Origin: Candidatus Termititenax aidoneus
GTDB lineage: Bacteria > Margulisbacteria > Termititenacia > Termititenacales > Termititenacaceae
Assembly (NCBI GenBank): GCA_003864455.1
Contig: BGZN01000004.1
Span: 3,125 to 67,124, forward strand
Length of the DNA: 64,000 nucleotides
Direction of reading: 5' to 3'
The position numbers and the translations under genes are program-made. The notes below the pieces were generated by a model that did not search any database, was not told the origin of the DNA, and was given only the letters and a program-made list of their open reading frames with translations. Below, in pieces: positions 1 through 7,804 of this stretch. How positions within the stretch are numbered: the stretch's first letter is position 1; each line of letters starts with the position of its first letter.

Positions 1-319
1 CCACGCCGATAAGCAGACTAAGTTTATCCAGGGAAATAACTTTTGACGCTTCGCCGATTTGCAAAGCCCGATAATAACAAAGCCAGGACAATCCGGTGGC
101 CACACCCGACAGCAGCAAAAACCATAAACTTTTAGAACCAATATTTGCCAGATCTTGCTGCTTGCCGGTCGCCCAAACCACCGCCCAGGACACGAGCAAA
201 ACCACCACAGTGCGTATGGCTGTCGCCAAATTGGAATTCACATTTTCCACGCCAATTTTCGCCAAGATCGATGTTAAGGCCGCAAAGAAAGCCGCCAGTA
301 AAGCGTAAACTATCCACAT
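1..319 (-). CDS. EamA/DMT-family transporter, N-terminal part only (gene runs off the window start)
   Basis: Minus-strand frame open from an ATG at 317-319 to position 1. The translation MWIVYALLAAFFAALTSILAKIGVENVN...LSWLCYYRALQIGEASKV has the hydrophobic-helix pattern of EamA-type transporters. It is absent from the ORF track because it is truncated by the window edge. Confidence 0.45.
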   Translation of the reverse strand, partial: MWIVYALLAAFFAALTSILAKIGVENVNSNLATAIRTVVVLLVSWAVVWATGKQQDLANIGSKSLWFLLLSGVATGLSWLCYYRALQIGEASKVISLDKLSLLIGV

Positions 320-465
320 GAGGCAATATTATATCCTAATTTGAAGTAATTTTTTATCTTGGATAGTCTAAATCTCATCGCATTTCATTTAATGGATGTC
401 GATGGCTTTGCGCTGCAAGTTATGCGAGCTCCAGCCACCGACAAAAAATTCAGAGAGCACAAAGT

Positions 466-1458
466 TTAGTTCACCTTTATCGAATTAACATTCGCCAGGG
501 CTTTGGCCGCGACAGATTGGGGGAGTCTGCCGTAGTCCAGTTCTCTGGTAAAAGCCTGCCCGTCCGCAATAATCCACTTCAACAGGTCTGTAACTTCTCT
601 GGCCTTGGCCGGATTTTTGGACAGATCCTGATAAGCCACCAGCCAGGTAAAGCCACAAATCGGATAGCCGTCGCGCGCTTTGGTGTTCACAATCGACGCA
701 CGGGTGTCCGCCGGTATCTCCACGTCAGCCGCCGCGCTGGTGGATTCCAAACTCGGTGTAATGAAAACACCGGAGCTGTTTTGCACCGCGGCGTATTTCA
801 TTTTATTCTGATTGGCGTAGGCGATTTCCGTATAGCCGATGGCGCCGGGCATTTGCTTAATCAGGCCAGCCACGCCGGAATTGCCTTTGCCGCCGACCGC
901 CAGTTTGGACTTGGTAGAAAAAGTTTTACTCATTTTCCAATTGGTCGGATCGATCTGGCTCAAATAATCCGTAAATATAGAAGTCGTGCCGGAGCTGTCC
1001 GAGCGGTGCACCACAAAAATATCTCCGTTAAGTTTCAGGCCAGGATTAACCGCCGCGATTTGCGGATCGCTCCATTTGTTAATCTCGCCGTTGAATATTT
1101 TGGAAACCAAAGCCGGCGTCAATTTCAAATCGGGATTGCCGGGGAGATTGTAAGCGACAACCACCGCGCCGATGCAGGTCGGAATATGTACGATTGGCGC
1201 GCCAGCCGCCGCGATCTCTTTGTCGGTCATATAGGCGTCCGTGCCGCCAAAATCAATGACCTTTTCCGTGAGCTGCTTAATGCCGCCGCCCGAGCCGATG
1301 CCCTGATAATTCACTTTCACGCCTTTTTGCTGTTCGTACACCGCAAATATTTTGGAATACAGCGGCTGGGGAAAAGTCGCGCCAGCGCCCAGCAAATCAG
1401 CAAATCCCAATGCGCCCAGCAATATTGTCAGCAAACTCATTTTTAATTTGTTGTTCAT
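466..1458 (-). CDS. pstS: phosphate ABC transporter substrate-binding protein PstS
   Basis: Translation MNNKLKMSLLTILLGALG... has a signal peptide followed by the PstS fold signature (YQGIGSGGGIKQL, DFGGTDAYM, GAIGY). Start chosen at the internal Met directly before the signal peptide. Confidence 0.85.
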   Translation of the reverse strand: MNNKLKMSLLTILLGALGFADLLGAGATFPQPLYSKIFAVYEQQKGVKVNYQGIGSGGGIKQLTEKVIDFGGTDAYMTDKEIAAAGAPIVHIPTCIGAVVVAYNLPGNPDLKLTPALVSKIFNGEINKWSDPQIAAVNPGLKLNGDIFVVHRSDSSGTTSIFTDYLSQIDPTNWKMSKTFSTKSKLAVGGKGNSGVAGLIKQMPGAIGYTEIAYANQNKMKYAAVQNSSGVFITPSLESTSAAADVEIPADTRASIVNTKARDGYPICGFTWLVAYQDLSKNPAKAREVTDLLKWIIADGQAFTRELDYGRLPQSVAAKALANVNSIKVN

Positions 1459-1563
1459 GTTTTTTCTCCTTGTGTTTTTTATTCTCTCACACGTCGCCTG
1501 TCTCTTGCGAGACAGGCTTGTGGGTCTCACTTCACGTTGCGCTCACGCGCTTGTGAAGTTCGA

Positions 1564-2745
1564 CTAGAACTTCACATTGATTTCAAAACGGGTCGAAGAC
1601 GAATTAAGTATCGCCTTGGCGGAATCGCTGAGATCATTGCCATCTCTGTCCGTATCGTCGATACCTTTGAATTTGTAGTAATCGACTGTAAAGCTCACAT
1701 TTTCCACCAAACCTAGAACTAAAGTTATCTGCTCGCCCTCGGTATTTTTCGTGCTATGGGCATCATCCGTAAAATCCCAGCCGAGATTTTTCTCTAAACG
1801 GCGATTCAGATAGCGCAGAGAATAATCACCTAATTTCGCAACTTTAGCTGTGCCAAACTCAAGACCGTACGCTTTGGCCTTGTTATCTTTGTTGTCGTTT
1901 GGATTTGTGAAATCATCGTACAGCAACGCTACTTTCTCAAAATAAGGCACGCTTAAATTAGCGCCAATCTTGGCAGCAATCTGATTAGCCGCCTTATCAC
2001 CAAAATAAGATATTACGGTGTTATCATAGAAAGGCACAGCATATTGAGTATAGGCCGTTTCTAAACTATAGTCTCTAAGTATTTTCCATTTTAACCCTAA
2101 CTGCTGTACCTCCAGATTGGCATTCACGCCCAGACCCGTGCCACTACTATAGGCACTGATGCCATTGACATGATTGAGCACATAACTGCCAACATTGGCA
2201 AAAAGATCCAAACCTTCGACACCCAAATTCTTATAATTGTAATTTAGGTTTTTGCCTTCCAGAGAAATATTGCTGTCCCAAGCGACCGTCGTTGTCGTGT
2301 AAATGCCTTCTTTCAAATCAAACTTACCAATAATCGCTTTGAATTTGCCTGTAACTTCCGGCACCCATTTTGGCGCATAACTCAAATAAGCCTGATCGAG
2401 ATTAATGCCTTGATTACCAAAAGGATTGGTGCTGCCACTGTCCCCAAGGGTCTGTGTAACCGACTTGGTGTTATTCAAGGCGCCGGTGGCCAGACGCGCG
2501 CCGGCCGTAAACTCTTCGTTGATTTTGGAAGTCAAACCAAGACGGTAACGGATACGTTCGCGGTAACGATGCGCGGTCTTCATGCTGTCATCAGCAACTT
2601 TGTAAATATCCTGAGTGTCCTCCTGTAACCTATACCTAAAATCCTGATTCACATCGGTCTGGATAAACCAGCCCGGCGCCGCGCTGGCTATTGAAGCCAA
2701 AGCCGCCGCTCCTATCACTAAAAATTTCAGCACATTTTTTCTCAT
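1564..2745 (-). CDS. outer-membrane beta-barrel porin; phosphate-selective OprO/OprP-like is possible given its position upstream of pstS
   Basis: Signal peptide MRKNVLKFLVIGAAALASIASA, alternating amphipathic strands, and a C-terminal ...FEINVKF ending in Phe, which is the OMP beta-barrel signature. It lies immediately upstream of pstS and is co-oriented with it. Confidence 0.45.
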   Translation of the reverse strand: MRKNVLKFLVIGAAALASIASAAPGWFIQTDVNQDFRYRLQEDTQDIYKVADDSMKTAHRYRERIRYRLGLTSKINEEFTAGARLATGALNNTKSVTQTLGDSGSTNPFGNQGINLDQAYLSYAPKWVPEVTGKFKAIIGKFDLKEGIYTTTTVAWDSNISLEGKNLNYNYKNLGVEGLDLFANVGSYVLNHVNGISAYSSGTGLGVNANLEVQQLGLKWKILRDYSLETAYTQYAVPFYDNTVISYFGDKAANQIAAKIGANLSVPYFEKVALLYDDFTNPNDNKDNKAKAYGLEFGTAKVAKLGDYSLRYLNRRLEKNLGWDFTDDAHSTKNTEGEQITLVLGLVENVSFTVDYYKFKGIDDTDRDGNDLSDSAKAILNSSSTRFEINVKF

Positions 2746-2889
2746 ATTTTCCTCCTTGTTTTTTCTGCATTTCCTGCAGTTGCGGAAAAGTTTAGAGAAA
2801 ATCTGTTAAAAGAAAATTTGCGGATTGTTATATCCGGGTTAAGAAAAAACAATAAAATATATTCGCGCAGCAAATGTTATAATAGAAAA

Positions 2890-3480
2890 ATGTTTATCAT
2901 CACCCAGCATCAATACGATCTCATTATGCGGCAGGCGCAGGAAAATTATCCGTACGAAACCGGCGGTGTGCTCTGCGGTTCTTCTGACGGAGTCATCAAA
3001 GGCGTCCTGCCGCTTTACAATCAAGCCGGCGGCGATCAGCACAAAGAATTTGGCATGTCTGCGGACGATATACTGCGCGGCCACGAGTTCGCCAAAAAGC
3101 ACGGCCTGATTTTTTTCGGCGTGTATCACACGCACCCCAACGGCATCGCTTATCCGTCCGACCAGGACATCAGTAACAATCAGCGCTTTTTATTTATCAT
3201 TTCGCTGCGCGACCGCTACAATCCCGAATTTGCCGCCTACAGTGTCCTGCCTGGCCGCGCGGTTATCCGCGAGGACATACAGGTTGTCAACGACAACGGC
3301 ATTACAGTCATTGATATTCACACCGGCAAACCCAAACTTTCCGAAAGTGTGTCCACGCTGGAAATGGGCAAACTGCACACGCTGATCGATGCTATCGTCG
3401 ACGAGCGTGCCAAATATCCGCGGCTCTCGCCCAAAAATAAATTTGAGGCCAGCCGTTTCAGTTTCAATACCGAAGCGTAA
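2890..3480 (+). CDS. Mov34/MPN/JAMM-family metalloprotease-like protein
   Basis: Carries the JAMM motif E...HTHP-x7-S-x2-D, seen as PYETGG ... YHTHPNGIAYPSDQD. Start set at MFIITQ. Confidence 0.7.
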   Translation: MFIITQHQYDLIMRQAQENYPYETGGVLCGSSDGVIKGVLPLYNQAGGDQHKEFGMSADDILRGHEFAKKHGLIFFGVYHTHPNGIAYPSDQDISNNQRFLFIISLRDRYNPEFAAYSVLPGRAVIREDIQVVNDNGITVIDIHTGKPKLSESVSTLEMGKLHTLIDAIVDERAKYPRLSPKNKFEASRFSFNTEA

Positions 3481-3482
3481 AA

Positions 3483-3511
3483 CTTGCGTATATTTCTTGC
3501 CGGATTTATAA
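3483..3511 (+). promoter_or_regulatory. sigma70-like promoter for gcvH (TTGCGT-17-TATAAT)
   Basis: ttgcgt at 3483-3488 and tataat at 3506-3511 are separated by a 17-nt spacer, about 30 nt upstream of the gcvH ATG. Confidence 0.4.
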
Positions 3512-3539
3512 TCCGCGCATCAAATTCACGAGGTGTTTT

Positions 3540-3923
3540 ATGTCCAATATTCCTGAGGAACTCAAATACACAGCCGAACACGAATGGGTCAAAATCGACG
3601 GCGGCAGCGCGCTGGTCGGCATCACCGATCACGCGCAATCCGAGCTGGGCGATATTGTGTTTGTGGAAATGCCGGCGGTCGGCAAACAGGTCGCGCAAAA
3701 CGGCGATTTCGGCGTGGTGGAGTCGGTCAAAACCGTGTCCAATCTTTACTCGCCGCTGTCCGGCGTGGTGTCGGCGATCAATCCGCTGCTGGAAAAATCT
3801 CCCGAGCTGGTCAACCAAGACCCTTACGGCGAAGGCTGGATCATCAAGCTAAAAGATTTTAACCCAGCCGAATTTTCCGCCCTGCTTGACGCGGCGCAGT
3901 ACAAAGCAAAAATAGGCGAGTAA
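3540..3923 (+). CDS. gcvH: glycine cleavage system H protein
   Basis: The lipoyl-lysine region VESVKTVSNLYSPLSGVV and the overall 127-aa GcvH pattern. Confidence 0.9.
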   Translation: MSNIPEELKYTAEHEWVKIDGGSALVGITDHAQSELGDIVFVEMPAVGKQVAQNGDFGVVESVKTVSNLYSPLSGVVSAINPLLEKSPELVNQDPYGEGWIIKLKDFNPAEFSALLDAAQYKAKIGE

Positions 3924-3931
3924 AAAAATCC

Positions 3932-5173
3932 ATGGCGTATTTTCCGCACACGGAAAACGAAATACAGGCAATGCTCCAAACTATTGGCGCGAAAAATATT
4001 GGTGAGCTTTTTGCCGATGTGCCGGAGAAATTAAAAAATCTGGAGTTCCCCGAATTTAAGCCGGTTTCGGAAATAGAGCTTCTGGCGGAGTTTGCCGAAT
4101 TACGGCGTCAGACGGAATGCCAGTCCGCTTCTTTTTTGGGCGGCGGACGTTATGCTCATTATATACCGCCTGTCGTGCCGGCTCTGGCCGGACGCTCGGA
4201 GTTTTACACAGCCTACACACCCTATCAGCCGGAGATCAGCCAGGGCACGCTCACGGCAATTTACGAATTTCAATCCATGCTCTGCGAATTGACCGGACTG
4301 GATATAGCCAATGCTTCGCTTTATGACGGCGCGACGGCTCTGGCCGAAGCGGTCAGCATGGCGGCTGCCGCCACCGGACGAACAGAATATGTTTTAGCCA
4401 ACACTCTGCACCCAAATTATTGTGAAGTCTTAAAAACTTATCTCACACCGCGCAATATTACGGAACAAAAAAAGAGCGGCAAAAACACCGCGGCGGTAAT
4501 TTTTGCTCTGCCGGATTTTCACGGACTGATCAGCGCCTGGCAAGAACATTTGCTAAAGGCCAAAGAAAACGGCGCGTTGTTTATTGTCTGCGCCGATCCA
4601 TTATTGCTTTCTGTCCTCGAGCCGCCTCCGGCGGACATCATCACCGGCGAAGCGCAGCCGCTGGGTTTGCCGCAAAATTACGGCGGACCGGCTCTCGGTT
4701 ATCTGGCCGCCAAAAAAGATTTCCTGCGCCAGATGCCCGGCCGCATAGTCGGGCGCACGACAGACGAGCGCGGCAACCGGCCTTTCGTCCTGACCATGCA
4801 GACGCGCGAACAGCACATACGCCGTGAAAAAGCGACTTCCAATATTTGCTCCAATCAAGCGCTCTGCGCGCTCATGGCTACTATATATATGTCCTATATG
4901 GGCAAGAGCGGCCTGCAAACTGTCGCCAGATTGTGCAAAGCCAACACGGATTACGCCAAGCAAACGCTGGGCAGTGTTCCAAATTTTTCTGCAGCCCAAG
5001 GGGAGCATTTTCGGGAATTTGTCCTGCATTGTCCAAGCGCCAAAAAAACAAATGAGGCGCTGGCCGAGGATTTTAAAATTGACCTGGTTTTAGATGACCG
5101 GCGCTTGTTATTGAGCGTTACGGAAAAAACAACAAAAGAACAGATAAATAAATTAGCAAAGGAATTAAGATGA
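3932..5173 (+). CDS. gcvPA: glycine dehydrogenase (decarboxylating) subunit 1
   Basis: The 413-aa translation matches the GcvPA N-terminal half of a split P protein ([24 protein letters not shown]). Confidence 0.9.
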   Translation: MAYFPHTENEIQAMLQTIGAKNIGELFADVPEKLKNLEFPEFKPVSEIELLAEFAELRRQTECQSASFLGGGRYAHYIPPVVPALAGRSEFYTAYTPYQPEISQGTLTAIYEFQSMLCELTGLDIANASLYDGATALAEAVSMAAAATGRTEYVLANTLHPNYCEVLKTYLTPRNITEQKKSGKNTAAVIFALPDFHGLISAWQEHLLKAKENGALFIVCADPLLLSVLEPPPADIITGEAQPLGLPQNYGGPALGYLAAKKDFLRQMPGRIVGRTTDERGNRPFVLTMQTREQHIRREKATSNICSNQALCALMATIYMSYMGKSGLQTVARLCKANTDYAKQTLGSVPNFSAAQGEHFREFVLHCPSAKKTNEALAEDFKIDLVLDDRRLLLSVTEKTTKEQINKLAKELR

Positions 5174-5232
5174 ATAAATGTTGCCAAGCGCGTGATTCTC
5201 TGCGCGCGCAGGCATGCCAGACGCAGGGGCGG

Positions 5233-6666
5233 ATGGCAGAAAAGTTGATTTTCGAATATTCGCAAAAAGGCCGGAAAGCGCATACTTTGCCGGACGCGCC
5301 GCCGGTCAGTTTTGGTTTGCCGGAAAGAAAAGGCTTGCGCCTGCCGGAAGTCTCGGAAGTCGATGTCACACGGCATTACACTAAACTCTCGCAGCAAAAT
5401 TACGGCGTGGACAGCGGTTTTTATCCGCTCGGCTCCTGCACGATGAAATACAATCCGAAAATCAACGAACAGATTGCCGCGTGCGAAGAATTTGCCGAAA
5501 TGAATCCTTATGAGCCAGAACGTTTCGCGGCCGGACTGCTCAAAATACTTTACGCAGCCGAACAAATGCTCTGCCAAACTTTCGGTTACGCGAGATTTAC
5601 GCTGCAGCCAGCGGCCGGCGCGCACGGCGAATTTACCGGACTGTTGATAATTCGCGCGTATCATCTAGACCGCGGCGACACCCAGCGCGTCAAAATTTTA
5701 GTGCCCGACGCGGCGCACGGCACCAATCCGGCTTCCTGTGCGCTGGCCGGCTTTCAAATTGTAACTATTCGGTCTCTGCCGGACGGCGGTGTAGACCTAA
5801 ATGACCTAAAAAAACATCTCGACAATACTGTCGCTGGATTGATGCTGACTAATCCGAACACGCTCGGTTTATTTGAAAAAAATATTCTGCCAATCGCCGA
5901 GTTGGTGCATAACGCCGGCGGCCTGCTTTACTATGACGGCGCAAACGCCAACGCCACGCTTGGCCTAGCTCGTCCGGCCGATATGGGTTTTGACGTCTGT
6001 CATCTCAATTTGCATAAAACCTTTGCCACGCCGCACGGCGGCGGCGGACCCGGCTCCGGTCCGGTCGGCGTTACAACCGCGCTCGCGCCGTATCTGCCGC
6101 GTCCGCTAATCGATTTTCAAAACGGAAAATATTATCTGAATAATGACCGGCCTAAATCAATCGGCAAAGTGCATTCTTTTTACGGCAATGTCGGTGTGAT
6201 CCTCCGCGCTTACGCCTATCTAAAAATACAGGGTTCGGCAGGCTTGAAACGCGCTTCCGAATTGGCTGTGCTGAACGCCAATTATGTCAAAGCCCGTCTG
6301 CAAAAAGTTTATAATATTCCTTATCCGCAAATCTGTCAGCACGAGTTTGTCATCAGCGTCAAAGAATGGAAAAAGCAATATGGCGTGTCGGCCGCGGACA
6401 TTGCCAAACGCCTCATGGATTACGGTTATCATCCGCCGACGATTTATTTTCCGCTGATCGTGCCGGAATGTTTAATGATCGAGCCGACCGAAACGGAATC
6501 CAAAGAAACGCTGGACGCTTTTTGCGACGCCATGCTCAAGATCGCTACGGAGGTAAAGACGAACCCGGAGCTTGTAAAATCCGCGCCGCACAGCACAATT
6601 ATTGGACGTTTAGACGAAGTCAAGGCGGTCAAAGAGCCGGATTTGAATTATTTTGCCGGAGCTTAA
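5233..6666 (+). CDS. gcvPB: glycine dehydrogenase (decarboxylating) subunit 2
   Basis: [14 protein letters not shown]... is the usual GcvPB N-terminus, and a PLP-site region is present. The ORF is open from 5170, overlapping the gcvPA stop, but the conserved start aligns at 5233 with a GGGG Shine-Dalgarno. Confidence 0.88.
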   Translation: MAEKLIFEYSQKGRKAHTLPDAPPVSFGLPERKGLRLPEVSEVDVTRHYTKLSQQNYGVDSGFYPLGSCTMKYNPKINEQIAACEEFAEMNPYEPERFAAGLLKILYAAEQMLCQTFGYARFTLQPAAGAHGEFTGLLIIRAYHLDRGDTQRVKILVPDAAHGTNPASCALAGFQIVTIRSLPDGGVDLNDLKKHLDNTVAGLMLTNPNTLGLFEKNILPIAELVHNAGGLLYYDGANANATLGLARPADMGFDVCHLNLHKTFATPHGGGGPGSGPVGVTTALAPYLPRPLIDFQNGKYYLNNDRPKSIGKVHSFYGNVGVILRAYAYLKIQGSAGLKRASELAVLNANYVKARLQKVYNIPYPQICQHEFVISVKEWKKQYGVSAADIAKRLMDYGYHPPTIYFPLIVPECLMIEPTETESKETLDAFCDAMLKIATEVKTNPELVKSAPHSTIIGRLDEVKAVKEPDLNYFAGA

Positions 6667-6670
6667 GAAC

Positions 6671-6698
6671 AGGAATTGAACCTGCGACCCGCGCGTTA
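6671..6698 (-). repeat. partial duplicate of the tRNA-Thr 3' end (T-arm and acceptor 3' side, 28 nt)
   Basis: gaacaggaattgaacctgcgacccgcgc is identical to 7171-7198 inside the intact tRNA-Thr. The repeat is direct and sits 0.5 kb downstream. Confidence 0.7.
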
Positions 6699-6717
6699 TG
6701 ATACACTACCGAATATG

Positions 6718-7098
6718 AGAAAATTTACCATTGAATTTGAAGCAGGGGCATTGCCCACACAAAAAGAATTAGCAACAGCTTCTTTTCTCGCAAACCAAAG
6801 AAAGAAAATCTTATTTCTAAAACCGATAGACCGCAATCACATCAAAACTCCTGACATTATAATGGATAACTTAAAATGGGAAATGAAATGCCCTGAAGGT
6901 AAGGGAAAGTATTTGTTGCAAAACACTTTACACAAGGCAATAAAACAATCTGTCAATGTAATCATAGATTTAAGATGGATTAAAATTTCCCCGGAAGAAA
7001 AATGTATCAGTAAGTTAAATAAGGAATTTAACCTATCCAAAGCCCTGAAACGTCTGGTAATCATCACGCGGACAGAAATGCTTGACTTACAAAAATAA
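6718..7098 (+). CDS. hypothetical protein (orphan ORF inside the tRNA-Thr-bounded remnant)
   Basis: ORF of about 127 aa, MRKFTIEFEAG...IDLRWIKISPEEK..., AT-rich with atypical composition. No recognizable domain. Confidence 0.3.
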   Translation, partial: RKFTIEFEAGALPTQKELATASFLANQRKKILFLKPIDRNHIKTPDIIMDNLKWEMKCPEGKGKYLLQNTLHKAIKQSVNVIIDLRWIKISPEEKCISKLNKEFNLSKALKRLVIITRTEMLDLQK

Positions 7099-7161
7099 TT
7101 TGCTATGATTGCTATATAAAGCGCGGCCGGAACTGGAATGTATCGGTTGCGCTTTTTCTTT

Positions 7162-7237
7162 TGGAGCCGAGAACAGGAATTGAACCTGCGACCCGCGCAT
7201 TACGAATGCGCTGCTCTACCAGCTGAGCTATCTCGGC
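7162..7237 (-). tRNA. tRNA-Thr (anticodon CGT)
   Basis: The reverse complement GCCGAGATAGCTCAGCTGGTAGAGCAGCGCATTCGTAATGCGCGGGTCGCAGGTTCAATTCCTGTTCTCGGCTCCA folds as a cloverleaf. It has GTTCAATTC in the T-loop, anticodon loop TTCGTAA and an encoded CCA. Confidence 0.85.
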
Positions 7238-7760
7238 ATAAAGACAGATAATACTACCTATAACACAATTACAAAATAGCAATATATATTTAACGATACA
7301 TGAAACAGCAACCGTTGGTTGCTGTTAGCTATCTCGGCACGAAGACAATCACTATTATCTGCCAAATATTTACAAAATAACAACATCTACTCAACGTTAC
7401 ATGAAACCATAGCCGTCAGGCTATGGTTAGCTATCTCGGCACGAAGACAGTCACTATTATCTGTCAAATATTTACAAAATAACAACATCTACACAACCAT
7501 ACGGTAGCTTCGACAGGCTCAGCCACCGGGGTCAAATATTTACAATATCTACTCAACGTTACATAAAACCATAGCCGCAGGCTATGGTTCGCTATCTCGG
7601 CACGAAGACAGTCACTATTATCTGTCAAACATTTACAAAATAACAACATCTACACAACCATACGGTAGCTTCGACAGGCTCAGCCACCGGGGTTAAATAT
7701 TTACAATATCTACTCAACGTTACATAAAACCATAGCCGCAGGCTATGGTTCGCTATTTCG
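7238..7760. repeat. tandem repeat array of 4-5 units (90, 102, 161, 161 bp plus a partial unit); each unit begins with the tRNA-Thr 5' 11-mer and ends with a hairpin
   Basis: gctatctcggc recurs at 7227, 7328, 7430, 7591 and, degenerate, 7752. Units 7430-7590 and 7591-7751 are about 98% identical. Each unit carries the hairpin aaccatagccgcaggctatggtt. Confidence 0.8.
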
Positions 7761-7804
7761 GTATAAACTTAAAACAGGCCAGTATTTTAGCAGAAAAATT
7801 AAAT

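Noticed and set aside
517-1446. 309-aa ORF on the + strand
   Set aside because: It lies entirely antisense to pstS, which has a strong family signature, and its own translation is low complexity and Arg-rich. It is a shadow ORF. The same applies to 17953-19011 (antisense to hsdM), 23824-24561 (antisense to hsdR), 38984-39916 (antisense to gltX), 41897-42826 (antisense to the radical-SAM gene), 60102-60761 (antisense to prfA), 36273-36935 (antisense to the 761-aa gene) and 48113-48760 (antisense to valS).
6662-6740. Second tRNA gene suggested by the tRNA-like T-arm sequence
   Set aside because: Only the 28-nt 3' portion matches. The upstream sequence (ttatgatacactaccgaatatgag) cannot form D- and anticodon arms. 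It is treated as a partial att-type duplication, not a tRNA.
7319-7507. 62-aa ORF with an internally repeated peptide (LAISARRQSLLS...)
   Set aside because: It is generated by reading through the tandem DNA repeat array. It has no start context or ribosome-binding site, and the repetition is at DNA level. Not a gene.
7238-7760. Possible CRISPR array, because of regularly spaced repeats
   Set aside because: The units are 102-161 bp and directly abut one another, with no unique spacers of about 30-40 bp, no short (24-48 bp) palindromic repeat and no cas genes nearby. This is a tandem duplication array, not a CRISPR.
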